From the NCBI RefSeq assembly GCF_000372725.1, contig NW_005201338.1:352116-390311 (forward strand): 38,196 nt of DNA. Direction: 5' to 3'. A model generated the notes under the pieces. It did no database searches and was not told the DNA's origin. It was given only the letters and a program-made list of their open reading frames with translations. This stretch comes from Emiliania huxleyi CCMP1516 (Eukaryota). The position numbers and the translations under genes are program-made. Positions 21,252 to 32,836 of the stretch are shown one piece after another. The first letter of the stretch is position 1. Each line of letters begins with the position of its first letter.

Positions 21252-24200
21252 ATGCGCCCCTATTCGCTCGGCCGCAAGCAAAAGCCAGCCAAGCCCACCA
21301 CCGCATCGCTCGCCGGCGACAGCGCCAGCGACGGCGGCAGCAGATCCGGCACCAGCGCCTCGCCGGCGAGCGTCCGATCCGAGTCGTCGAAGCTCGGAGC
21401 AGCAGATCCGCTCGGGGCTGCCCGGAGGCTGGCGAGGCGCACCTTCTCCTTCTCCACGAGACGGAGCGTGCAGGCCAAGCAGCCGGCCGTCCTCGGCGCT
21501 GACGACGCGCCGCCCGCGCCGTACGACTCGCTGCAGCCCGTCGGCGGCGGCGAGACGGCCGCCCTCGCGCGGCTGCAGCGGTGGCAGCCGCCGTCGCGCT
21601 GTTCGGCCGCGTCTCCGGCGGCGCTCGCGGGCGCGGGCCTCCGGGACGCCGACGACGCGGCGCTCGCGCGCCGCCTGCAGGCCGAGGAGGAGGAGCGCCT
21701 CGCCGCAGCGATGGCGGCGCCGCCAAAGCCGATGGGCCATCGCGAGAGCCGGAAGTCGCTGGTCAACATCCGGAGGACCGCGTCGTGGCAGCGCGGGCAC
21801 CGGCAGGCGAGGCGCGCCGCGTCCAAGCCCGCCTCCTCCTTCTGGGAGGGCGCCCTCTATGCCGCCGCCGCCGCTCTACTCGACGGGCGGCGAGGCGGCG
21901 GCGCGCTGCCGGCGGCGACCCGAGCCGCCCTCGCCCGCGTGAGCAAGGCGACGGTCGAGGCGGCCGCGGCGGTGCGGGGTTGCGCGGGAGGCGGAAGCGG
22001 CGGCCTGCGCGCGCCCCAGCTCCCCTCGGTCGTCTTCACCCACGAGGGCGGCGAGGGCGGGCGCGGCAAGGAGAACCAGGCGCGTTGCGCCCTCCCCGCC
22101 CCGTGCCCTCCCCGCCCCGTGCCTTGCCCGTGCGCCCTGCCACCCTGTGAGCGCCCGACGGAGATTGCCCACCTCCCCGCCCGCCGCCCTCAGGACGCGG
22201 CCTTTGCGGCGCGCCCGTCGCCGGATCTCGCCATCTTTGGCGTCTTTGACGGCCACGGCCGCCGGTGCGCCCCACCCCCTCGGCGTCGCGCCGCCTCGCG
22301 GCACACGCCCCTCCTCTCGCCGCCGCACCCTCTCGTAGCCCGCCCGCCTCCGCGTGCGGCGGGTTCGCCCGACCCTTCGCGGAGCCTCTCTGCTGCAGGT
22401 TCGGCAAGCTCGCGGGAGAGGTTGCCAGCCGGGTGGTTCGCTCGCGCCTCTGCGCTCTCCACCGCTGGGTGGAGCTCTGCCCCGACGCGGCGCTGCAGTG
22501 GGTGTTTACGCACGCGCACGAGGAGATCCGCACCGCCATGCTGGCCGCAGCGCCGGATCTGCTGCATCTGCAGCGAGGCGCGCGCCGTCCCCGCCGCCTG
22601 TGCCTCGCCTCCCACCCCTGCAGCCTCCCGTCTCTCGCCCTCCCACCTCCAGCAAACCCGCCCTCCGCCCTCTGTGCCCAGGCCACCGCGCCGACTTCCT
22701 CGTCGAGTGGATGACGGACGAGGACGGGGGGGACGCGCGCTGGGACGCGGTCGACGGAGGCACCACCGCCACCGTCGCGCTGCTGCTGCGCGGCACCCTC
22801 CTCAAACTCGCCTTCGCCGGCGACTCCTCCGCCGTCGTCCTCGGCCGCGCCGCGCCCCCCCGGCCGGCGCGGCAAGGGAGGGCGAAGCCTGCGCCGCCGT
22901 CCGCGCACGGCCCTGCAGGCGGCACCCCGGGCATCAGCGTGCCCGCCGGCTACTCTCGGTCCGGCCTGGCGCTGCCCGCGCCAGCGGAGCCTCTCCCCTC
23001 CCCGTCGTCGTCCGACCTCTCCCTTATCTCGCTCGCGACGCCCGAGAGCCGCAGCGGCGAGCCGCTCTCGCCGCCGCCCTCGCCCCCCTCGCGCTCGCCG
23101 CCGCCGCCCTCGCCCTCGAAGGCACGCCAGTTTTTCATGAATGCGGAGTCGGCCTCCGCGCCGTCCGCGGCGCCTGCCGCTGCCGCCTCGCGCTACGGCC
23201 ACCGCACTGGCACCGTCGTCCCCTCCTCCAAGCCCGCCACCGCGCCGCCACCCGGCGGCGGAGCCGCAGCCGCCCTCGCCCGAGCGCGCGCCTATCAGGC
23301 GCAGGCGCAAGCCCCGGCGGCCGAGCCGGCAGGCGCCGCGAGTGGGGGGGCGAGGGAGGCGGCGTCCGCGGCGCAGCAGCAGCGACAGCGGGAGGAGGAG
23401 GCCGCCGCCGCGGCGGCAGCAGCTCGGGCAGCCGCAGCGGCGGAGGCGGAGAGGGCGGAGGCGGAGAGGGCGGCGGAGGCGGAGAGGGCAACGGCCGCGG
23501 TGGCGGCGGTCGCCGCGGCGGCCGGGAAGCCATCGCACGAGCTGTACGCCGAGGAGCATTCGCCGACCAACCTGCAAGAGTACATGCGGGTGCGCTCGAC
23601 GGCGGGCGGCGAGGCGGTCAGTTTCGTCTACGACTGCCCCGACTACGAGGAGTTCAACATCTTTGGGACCGACGCGAGCGGCGCGGCGTGCGCCGACGCC
23701 GCCAACTTGCGGATGGCGGACGAGCACGGAGTGCTGGTCAAGAACCCGCGGGACGACCGTTTCACGCTGCTGCTGGTGCCCGAAGGGCGGTACGAGCTGA
23801 CGCACCAGCCCGGCAGTTTTGCCGAGGTGGAGGAGCAGGCGCCGGCGACGGGAGCGAGATGGGAGAGGGAGGGGGGGGGGGGAGGGGAGAGACTCCACCC
23901 GCACACGGGCGAGGGTGACTTGGCGGGACCGTGCCTCCTCGCCCGCAGGCACTGACGATGACGCGCTCGCTCGGCGACTTTTACGCGCACGAGTACGGCG
24001 TCACCGCCGCGCCAGAGGTGCGCACGATCCCGCTGGCGCAGGTGCGGCTGTCGCACCCCGCCCTGCTGCTCGCCTCGGATGGCGTGTGGGACATCTGGGA
24101 CTACGACGAGGTGGCGGCGCAGCTGGTGCCGGCGACCGGCTTGGGGTCGCTCGACGCGATGCGCGAGCGCGCGGCCCGCTTCTGCGAGGCGACGCGCGCC

Positions 24201-24281
24201 ACCGGCTTCAAGTACTTTGGGGAGCGGGCCGACAACTTGACGGGCGTCCTCGTCAACTTGAGCGAGGTGTGTGGACGCTGA
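21252..24281 (+). CDS. PP2C/PPM-family protein phosphatase; introns 22080-22193 (GC), 22265-22398 (GT), 22578-22681 (GC), 23839-23948 (GC)
   Basis: Motifs KENQ|D, FGVFDGHG, GGTTATVA, AFAGDS, EHSP, LTMTRSLGD, PEV, LLLASDGVWD and DNLT appear in the correct order after splicing. Confidence 0.92.
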
Positions 24282-24722
24282 AGGGAGGAGGGGTGGGCGC
24301 GGCGGAGGCGAGGTGGGCGTGCCTATCCCCACGCGTCGGAGTTCTCTCAAATCAGGCCCCACGTGGCGACGCCGATCGGCGGGGGGATATGTGCATGTGG
24401 CGCGATAGAGTCTCCGTGGACGCCGTGAGTCGCTAGGTGAGTCGGCGTCTCTGATCGAGAGGAAAGGCAGTGGGGACCCCGCGGCGGTGTATGTCCGAGT
24501 GTGTATGTGTCCCGCGCCATCATTCTCGCAGTCGCACAACCGCGCCCGCGCGCGCCGCGCGGGACCGAGCGACGAGCCGACGCGCGAAATAAAAGTAAAA
24601 AGGAACAGGTCCCCGCCCTTGCGATCTTTGTGCAGGGTTCATCTTTGTGCATTGTGGGTGACTGTGGTGTCGCCGTGTCGGCGACTAGCCGGGGTCGGGG
24701 TCCTCCCGATGGGGGACTAGCA

Positions 24723-25420
24723 CTAGCCGTCTTCCACCTGGTCCCTCGGGTCCCTGCTGCTCCTAATCTCTTCGTACATCCTCCTGCTGATCTCCGCAAA
24801 GTCCTGCTCCCTCCCTCGTCTCGCCCTGCGTGTCTGCTCCGCCTCACCGTCACTTCTGCCCTGCGTCGTCTGGCGACGGGTCCTCCATAGTCGGTCGAGG
24901 TCGCCGCCCTCCTCGTGCCTCTTCCCAACGTTCCCTCGGCGGCCGATGCCGTCTGCTCCGGCTCCCCAGTCCACGGGTCTGCCCTGCTCTCGTCTGCGCT
25001 AGCTTCTGTTTCGTCATCACCGGCGTCTCTCCTCTTCCTTCTCCCCTTCTTGTATGCTTTGCACATCGCGTCGATTCCTTTTCGCGTGAGCACCAGCCTG
25101 AAGCCCGCCCAGCATCTGAACCGCTCCCTAAGTCGAAGGAGCATCATCAGTCTCACCCACTTCGCTCTCTGCCCACCGTCTCCGCTCCCTCCCGCTTGAG
25201 CCGCCGTCGCGGCCCTCGTTCGTCCCACTGGCTGTTGGCCCGTCCCTGCGTTGCCTGCGTTATCCCTCCTCTGCGACTCCCTCAAGGCCGGCCGAGCCTC
25301 TTTCCACCCAGTGAAGAGCTTCCTCAGTTCCTCAGCCACTCGATGTGTTCCTCTCTCTTCATTATGCGCGCCGTAGCCTCATCATTGAGCTGGATCCAGG
25401 AGGTGAGGGCATAGTCTGAG
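24723..25420 (-). pseudogene. Degraded, frameshifted coding fragment, possibly the 3' end of a retroelement ORF
   Basis: Protein-like pieces in different frames (SWIQLNDEATARIMKREEH; EELRKLFTGWKE; LRERFRCWAGFR; ending RDPRDQVEDG*). No diagnostic domain. Confidence 0.3.
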
Positions 25421-25989
25421 GGTTAGGTTTCTGGAGCCTCGGGTGCTTTTACGCTTTTGATCGGGTCAGGTGTGAGTGGGAGGATCGAGGTGCACGCTGC
25501 CGAGGCAGTGTCGTCCCCCCTCTCCATCGTCTCACTGGGAAACGTCGGCGGTGATGGCGGTGTGACCGATCGAGCTACAAGAGGAACTTGGTCAGCAGGA
25601 TCCGGGGTGGGTCGAGCAGTTCTCACTTCCTCAATGCACAATGGGTGTGAGCTTCAGTTCTCATGGCCAGCGCCACCACGCGTCCTCCCCTTCACCCCTC
25701 GGCTCGTGTGGTGGATTCGAACCACGGCCGGGATGGAAGCTTCCTGCTTCCATCTGATTAGTTTTCCATTTTTCTCCTGTGCAAGAGCGGGGGGGGAGCT
25801 CATCTAGGAATAAAATATTCTTAGCTTCAAGCCCCCCTCCGAGACTGGAGACAGTCACACCCTCGAAAGCGCCCACCGGTGTGTGTCCAAACACATGTAG
25901 CGCTACAAGTTTGTAACACATAAGGGCGCTGCTGAGCACGAGGCTGAGGCGCTGAGCCGCTGAGCCCGGGGCTCTTTGCGGCGGCGGCG

Positions 25990-26121
25990 ATGCGAAAGGT
26001 CCAAAAGGATCTGGTGGCGATGAAGGTGGTGGAGCTCAAGGAGGAGCTGGGCGAGCGTGGCGAGGCCCTCTCGGGCAGGAAGGCGTGGCTGCGCCGCCGG
26101 CTGCACGGCACGCCTCTATAG
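25990..26121 (+). pseudogene. Isolated SAP DNA-binding domain (43 aa), likely a gene or transposon relic
   Basis: MRKVQKDLVAMKVVELKEELGERGEALSGRKAWLRRRLHGTPL* fits the SAP consensus (LxxMKVxELKxELxxRGxxxSGxKAxLxxRL). Too short for the ORF track. Confidence 0.75.
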
Positions 26122-26789
26122 TGAGCGAGTATTTGGAGCGAGCGCCGCGGGCGCCGCCGGAGAAGTAGAATGTCCAAAAATTTCGCGCGCGCCTGCGGCG
26201 CGACTCGTTTTACCATTTTGCCCCGGGCGGGCCCACTTTTGTCGTTTTGCCCCAAAATCTGCGCCCGGGAGTGCTTTTCTTTTGACCCAAATCGGCCGAA
26301 CTTTTAGGATACCCTCAGACTCGTGGGTGTCCACATGCCGACCGATTCGGAATCGGATAAAAGGATTCGCGGAGGTGGCTACAATATAGAGGACTAATAG
26401 AGCCAGTGCTAGAAGAGTACTTCTAGAACGTAGACGAAGGTCGAAGGGAGCGGACCCGCGCCGGACGGACGCGCGAGAGCGAGAGTCGCCCCGTACACTG
26501 TGCGGGGGGAGATCGAGAGGAAAAGGGCCGAAAACCAAAACGCGGTGAAAGCTGCTCCTGCTGTGAAGGCAGAAGGCCGCTCCCCACCGTCATGTTGGTC
26601 CCTCCAAGAAGTTCTAGAAAAAGCTAGGTCTGAGAGACGGGGGGAACCAAGCGACACCGATTGCTAGAGGAACATACGTCGGAGCTGGCTCCTCGTGGGC
26701 TCCCCCCCCCCTCATGTGCATGCAGTTGGCGCTAGTGGGGGGTAGGCTAATCGCGTCTCACAGCGCGTGCGCCTCTGCGGCTGGGGTCG

Positions 26790-28111
26790 TCACCCCCGCC
26801 CCGCCTCTGCCTCCTCCTCGCGGATCATCGAGCAGCGGCCAGCCCTGTAGTACTCGTTGCTCGCCGTGCCAAAGTAGGCGGCGCCGCTGCAGCTCGCGAC
26901 GCTCGCTCCCCGCTCGCCCGCGCTACTCGAGTAGGCGCCCGCGAGCGCTGCGAGCTCCGAGGCGGGCGATGAGAGTGAGGGCTCGCTCCAGAGGGAGAAG
27001 CTCTCGTGGACGCCTGCGAGGCCGCCGATGCCTGCGAGCGTCGAGGTGGAGGCGTCGCGCTCGACCCGCATCCAGAGGTGGGTCCCCTCGGGGAGCACGC
27101 CTGCCGGCACGGGGGGTGGGGGGGGGGCGTCCAACACCGTCTCGAGGGAGAGGCGGGCGGGCCGTACGGCCAGGCCGCATCTGGGCCGCATCTGGCTGTA
27201 TCGCCGCAGGGACCACGCGATCGACTCTCCTGTGGGCGGTGGCGCGCACACCCCACTCTGCGACGCCCTTTGCCATGCCGCGGCCCCACACCGCCCACCG
27301 GCCTCCGAGCACGGCTGCCTCGCCCTCGCCTCCCCCGACGGTCCGGAAGGTGCCGCCCGGCCGCAGCACCACGGCGTACGAGAGAGGAGCGCCTGCGGGA
27401 CGCGTGCCCTGGACGCGTCACGAACGCGCGTCTTGGAAACGGCGGACGTGGATAAGTACGGGGACCGACGCACCTCCTTCCATGTCGATGAGCATTCGCC
27501 ACCGGCCGACAAATGCGCGCTTGGCAAAGGTGGCCGGTCGTGCCGGCCGCGCGCTCCGCCGCCGCTCGAGCCGCGCCTGGCCCACGCACACGCGTCACGG
27601 GCGGAGGGGGAGGAGGAGGGAGCGGGGAGACGAATGGCCGCGGGGAGCACGCCTCAAGGTCCCCGAGGCCATCCGAGCCGATGTCGGCGAGCGCGAGGGT
27701 CAGGTCGCACTCGCCGACGTGGCACGGGTCCTCTGCACCCTCGAGGACGGCGCCACCAAGCTGTGTGCACCGCAGGCCCGTGCGCTCGCCGACAGCGAGG
27801 ATGGTCCAATCTCTCACCCGCAGCGAGACGGTCACGCGCTGCTGTGCAGATTCAGTCGGAGCGCTATCAGCCCACCAGACTCCCTCTTCATTCTCATCGA
27901 GGCCACGCACTCTCCCGCTGGCGGCGAGCCGCCACGTCAGCGTTCGATCCCCGTCGTCGAGACGAAGCTCAGCTTTCCACACACCCGAGAGAGCCTCCAG
28001 CTCCTCCGGCTCGAGGGACCCTTCCGCTGCTGTGAGAGCGACTTGAGAGCGGATTTTAATTGGGACGGAGTGCACAGCAGAGGCGCGCCACACCAGGGAG
28101 GCGAGGACCAT
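26790..28111 (-). CDS. Multi-exon hypothetical protein with N-terminal leader (possibly plastid-targeted)
   Basis: Coherent exons across three frames: MVLASLVWRASAV...GVWKAELRL...GAVLEGAEDPCHVGECDL...DLE | ARLERRR...FVGRWRMLIDMEG | YAVVLRPGGTFRTV...GGRWAVW | GTHLWMRVER...YYRAGRCSMIREEE. Confidence 0.7.
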
Positions 28112-28481
28112 ACGGAGGAGGCACGGCGGCGGCGGGCTTGGGGGGGGAGGCGAGGGCGGAGGTGGCGAGGGCGGAGGCGGCCCTCGAGTTGTTGGGCGGA
28201 CGTTTGCATCCCCCCCCCCCCCCCCACACCACACACACACACACTGGGCACGGGACTGACGGGACGGGACGGAGGGCAGCAGGGCCGCGTGCGGGGCCTG
28301 CGCTTGGATGTCCCCGTCGGGCGCGCGGTGTGCCCACTTTCGGTTGACAGGCTTTATGGCGCGGATTTCATGAGCGATGTCTGTCGCATGCGTGCCGCCC
28401 CAAGCAAAAATAAAGCCCGAGAGCGATATGCCATGTCCGCCTTGCGTCGTTTCATAACATCGAACGAGTTCATTTTATAAA

Positions 28482-29297
28482 CTAAGCTTGAAATAAGAGG
28501 GCTCCCGCGGCGATCAACACCGCAACTCCTTTTCTAAACTTTTTGTTTTGAAGACCTCGATACTTAGCGCACTGCTCGGGCGAGAGCTCAAACACGTGCC
28601 GCGTCTCGTCTTCGCCGCCGGCTACGCGCACAGACACAGTACGCGGCAGCGCCGACACGTCAACCCGCGTGTACGTCAGCGACGGGTCGCGCACGCCGCA
28701 CGAGGCGCATGCGTGCAGCGGCAGCGCGTGCGCCATGCGCTCGTCGCTCCACTCGCCCAGCAGCCGCCGCTTCGTCTCGTCGGAGACGTGCACGCAGCGC
28801 TGCAGCAGCGCCGCCGTCTCGTCCTCGGGCCGCTCCAGGTCCATGACGACGTTCGTCGAGGCGTGGAAGCGCGTCTCCAGGTCGATGGCCGCCTGCTCGG
28901 CCGCGGCGAGCTTGCCCTGGTCGACGCACATGCCGCACACCGCGTGCGCCGGGCAGCCGCACTGGCCGCGTTGTGGGCGCACGGTCTTGGCGACCGCCGG
29001 CGCTGCGCGCCGGTCGTGCTGCTCACGCTGCCGGCGGCGCTGGTCGCGCGCCTGCCGATCGCGCGTGTTCGCGGCGGCTGCATCTCCTGCTCGTTTCGCT
29101 CGCACCCGAGCGGCGGTCGCCAGGCGCTTCAGGTCGGCGGTGCTGCGCGCGCGGCCGTCGGCTCTGCACAGCCACATGTCCTCCTCCTCGGCAGGCTCGC
29201 ACGGCTTGCCGTCGAACTGCGGCGGGAACCCGCGACGACGCTTCGCCCAGGCCGGGCACGATGGTGCCGCGACGAGCGGCGTCGAGGCGACGGCCAT
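28482..29297 (-). CDS. Intronless, 3'-truncated Cys-motif ORF, possibly the N-terminal region of a Helitron-like protein
   Basis: Arg-rich coiled segment, CGCPAHAVCGMC and LHACASCGVRD. GC-rich codon usage ends abruptly at ~28550 in AT-rich DNA. Confidence 0.4.
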   Translation of the reverse strand: MAVASTPLVAAPSCPAWAKRRRGFPPQFDGKPCEPAEEEDMWLCRADGRARSTADLKRLATAARVRAKRAGDAAAANTRDRQARDQRRRQREQHDRRAAPAVAKTVRPQRGQCGCPAHAVCGMCVDQGKLAAAEQAAIDLETRFHASTNVVMDLERPEDETAALLQRCVHVSDETKRRLLGEWSDERMAHALPLHACASCGVRDPSLTYTRVDVSALPRTVSVRVAGGEDETRHVFELSPEQCAKYRGLQNKKFRKGVAVLIAAGALLFQA

Positions 29298-29567
29298 CGA
29301 TGGGTCCAGAAGACTTGGAGACACTTCTAAACCAAAAGCGAGCACAAGTGCGTTACATGGGCATGGCCGGCGTTTCTGCACCGAACGATCTTACTTTCGG
29401 TCTATCGAAAGTGTTGATCGATAAATACACCTTTGAGCAAACACAACGATGTCGCTCCACGCGTCGCTTTCAGCCTCGGCGCCACGGCCGCGGCCGCCGG
29501 TCTAGCTGGCTGCTCAAGCCAGCGGCTGCTGTGGCCGCAGCAGCGGGCGACCTGCGCGCGCGCTGCC

Positions 29568-30046
29568 ATGAGCGACACAGCAGTCCACCGCCCCGAGTGG
29601 CGGCGCTTTGCAGTCGAGATGGGAACCGGCACGAGCCTGCGGCGGCAGGATCACACGGCAGCGGCCGTGCGTGCGCTGGAAGACGCCCTGTGGCGCGTCT
29701 CCATGACGGCCTACCGCGCGCTCGACAAGCGCCCGGAGGAGATGAAAATCGAGGTTGTGGTCGGCGTGCCGAAGCCGGCGGCGGTGGACGAGTCGGCGGT
29801 CCTCGCCGTGCTGCCGTACGGCGCGGCGCGCCCTGTCGCCTGTCGGAGAGGCCTTTCCTCACGCGCCGCGCCGCTGTCGCCGCTGCAGGCGAGCGCTCCA
29901 TCAGGGTCGTCGAGGGCGGCCTCGCCATCCCGGGAGGGTGCGGGGCGGATGCACAGGGCGACATCATCATGGCCAACGCGGCCGCAATCGTGTACCTTGA
30001 CGTGGGCGACTACCTGGCGCTGAAACGGTCGGCAAGTATGGACTAA
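29568..30046 (+). CDS. Lin0512-family protein; exons 29568-29820 and 29889-30046
   Basis: FAVEMGTGTSLRRQDHTAAAVRALEDAL...EMKIEVVVGVPKPAAVD...VLPYG|ERSIRVVEGGL...IMANAAAIV matches the Lin0512 pattern. 68-nt GC-AG intron in phase 1. Confidence 0.88.
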
Positions 30047-30736
30047 CACGCGGCTCTTGCTGATCCGATGAGCAACACTGATTACTTGGCCGCTGGTGTA
30101 TATGTCGCTCTTCGGAGCACGGGGAGGAAACGGCGAAGGCCAGTAGCTCTCACTGTCGGGACTTGCCCCAAGGGGGGGCAACACCCTACAGAAGTTACAT
30201 ACAGAGGCAGAAGGCAGTTGGAGCCCTTGCACGTCGAAGGCGAGCCGCTGGGACTTCTCCGGCCAGAACAACGGGCGAGAGGAGGTGGCGGTGGTGTGCG
30301 CACCGGCCGCGGCGAAGACTCGGTGTACGTCGCGATCCAGCACATGAAGAACCACGTCTGGCGCGAGGTCTGGCCCGCGATGCCGGCGGCTAGTAGGGCC
30401 CCGCGCAGGCCTCTGCGCCGCACGAGCCACGACCACGAGGGGCGCAGCCCGCAGCCCTCCAACTCTTCGCCGCGGAGGGGGGAGCGAGAGTCTCTTGGCC
30501 GCTCTTTCGTCTTTGTCGGGTTGTGACTACTGACTTGTGACGTGTGACGAGGGGTGAGAGAGAAAAACTCTCGAGGCGCTGACAGTGACACACCGCGCGC
30601 CCCACGGGGGGCGTCCCACAGTCACCCACAGATCTGAGCCTTCCAGTTCCACGAGCGCCCAAACATGAAACAAGCGGCACGGGTGCGCGCAGCACAGATG
30701 GCACCTGCCCACCGCCGCATCCACCAACCAGAAGAA

Positions 30737-32293
30737 TCACAGCGCGGTGGCGTTAGTGGCGGAGGGGCCGGGCCGAGGCAGCGCGGGCATCGCCGCAAAG
30801 ATGGCCGACGAGCACGCGATGGCAACCAGCGCCACCACCCCTCCCGCCGCGTCGAAGGCCAGCTTCGCCCCGCCGCTGGCACGCGCCTCTCCTCCCCGAG
30901 AGGTGTCCTCCTCGACGGCGGCGGCGGAAGGGGCGGCCGCGGCCGCCGCGGCATCCACAGCCGCAGCCTCGGGCGCCAGTGCGGCCTCCGCGTCGTCGGC
31001 CGCCCGCACGCACCCCGCGCCTTGCTCGGGCGCAGTGTCTGCAGGGCCGCCGGTCAGCAAGTGCGCCCTCAGCCGCGGCTTCTCGAGCGCGCGCTCGGGC
31101 GGCGGCGCGCGCCTGCCACGGACGTGCCATGGGCGTGGACGCGTCGCGGGCGTGTCGCGGGCGTGTCGTGGGCGTGTGATGCACGTGCCGTGGCCGCCAC
31201 GCCGTTGACGTGTCATGGACGTGTCATGGGGAGAGCGGGCTGGTGGCGGCGGCGGCGGCGCGCCGCAGTGCGTGGACGAGGAGCTCGGCGACGAGCACCG
31301 ACGAGAGCCAGTAAGTCCACGCCTGTGCTGGGGGGCGGGGGAGTGAGTGGGAGGCGCGGGCGCACTGCACTGCCCGACCATCCTCCGTGAGCTCGTGCCG
31401 ACGCGCTGACATTGGATGCGGCGAGTGCTCGAGCGGCGTGGGCCGTGGCGGCCTCCAACCCGAAGCCGGGAGAACACGCGCGAGAGGGGAGAGTGAGTGT
31501 GGCCTTCATGCGCAGCCTTCACCCCCCTGGGCCGCAGCTGTGAGAGGTGGGATCGAGCGCGCGGGGTTTGGTGCTTCCGCATCTAGGCTCCGCGCGTGCA
31601 GCATGTCGAAGGGCCGGAAGTAGTCGGCGCAGGTGTCGCCGTCGCACGTGCCGCCCGGGTACTCTCGCGCCTCGCGCGGCGGGCGGTACCTGCTCACAGC
31701 TCAAAGCGCCGTGAAGAGAGGCCGTCCGTGCAGGCACGTGCGGCAGCGATTGGCCGGCACCCAAACAGCGCGGTGGCGGCCACGTACCAGTATCTGTAGA
31801 GCATCGGCGCCAGGACCTGCGAGTAGGAGCGGATCGCCCACGCGCGGTGCGCTGCGTACCGCTGCTGCCGCGCGCGGACCGCGGTCATGGCGGCGGCGAC
31901 GCCGAACCAGCCTCCCGCGAGGAGGAAGGCGGCGCCCATGTTGTACCCACCGGAGAGCTTGAAACCCTTGAGCAGGACGAAGAAACATCCGCACAGCGAG
32001 GCGCCACAGGCGGAGGCAACGTACAGCCGGCCCGACCAACGGTGGAGTCGCGGCACCCTCCGACGGAGGGCCGGCGAGAATTGACTCGGGCCCAGGAATA
32101 GCGCGACGGCGCCGAGGACCATGTGCGCGCCCATCGAGACGCGGCGAGCAGGCGTCGCGCCGAGGCCTGGAAGGACGCCATCGAAGTCGCCCAGGACGAG
32201 GTAGTTGAGGACGATGCTGGCGTAGGCCCACGGTATCACGAAAGGCGCCATCGCCAGCGCAGCGACGGCCCATGACCAGGAGAGGAGCCGCAT
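30737..32293 (-). CDS. DUF2306-like membrane protein, multi-exon
   Basis: AHMVLGAVALFLGPSQFSPALRRRVPRLHRWSGRLY and AHRAWAIRSY. Further exons YRPP...FRPFDMLH, AWTYWLSSVLVAELL and a C-terminal TM segment. Internal splice sites only partly resolved. Confidence 0.8.
31121..31230 (+). repeat. Degenerate ~11-bp tandem repeat (G(A/G)CGTGTC(A/G)(T/C)G), probably intronic
   Basis: GACGTGCCATG, GGCGTGTCGCG, GGCGTGTCGTG and GACGTGTCATG x2. Confidence 0.7.
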
Positions 32294-32432
32294 GTAGCCG
32301 ATTGCCTCCAGCCCGCCACGCGCCGAGTCAGTCTTCTCAGGACTATGGATTGCGCTCGAGGTACGAGGAGCGCAACAGCGCGCCGCAGGCGAAGCGATAC
32401 ACACAAGCAGAAGCAAGACGCCCTCACTCACA

Positions 32433-32647
32433 CAGCTTGATGGTGCTTCGCCCGCGTGCGTCCCGGAGTGGTCCCGGTTGGCAATCCGGGGGAGAAACTC
32501 AGGACAACGCCGACGCCGCTCTGATTCGACTTTTTACTTCAAACAAAGACGGCGGCACGCGCCGCAGCGCGGTGCGTGCCGCCGTCAGGAGCGGATATCC
32601 GTCAGTTAGTTGTATTCACGCCGGGATGGCGGGATCGTGTCCTGAGT
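32433..32647. repeat. Structured dispersed element B, copy 2
   Basis: Aligns with 12637-12861. Stems ACTCAGGACA/TGTCCTGAGT, CCGCTC/GAGCGG and an 18-bp GACGGCGGCACGCGCCGC/GCGGTGCGTGCCGCCGTC. Confidence 0.85.
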
Positions 32648-32836
32648 AACTTGCCCAACCATTCCTCCAGCAGAGTATGCAGAGGGCAGGGCCAGGGGGG
32701 GTGAACCTTCTTGAGCACTTGAGGCTGAACTCTACATTCGATATTTGTTCTTCACTCGTCCACATCTCTGAGAGAGATTTTTAGCAATACCAAACAAATC
32801 TAACACTCACACGTCATTTGGGGCCTGGAGCCCTGT

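Noticed and set aside
22036..23952. 638-aa minus-strand ORF and similar long antisense ORFs (e.g. 26714-28480, 5807-6679)
   Set aside because: Antisense shadows of GC-rich genes with Arg/Gly/Pro-biased composition.
26405..26630. TTCTAGAA-containing inverted motifs as TIRs
   Set aside because: The match is only about 9-10 bp around a self-palindromic core, with no TSD.
30068..30526. 152-aa ORF as a gene
   Set aside because: Only a short coding-like patch with no recognisable family.
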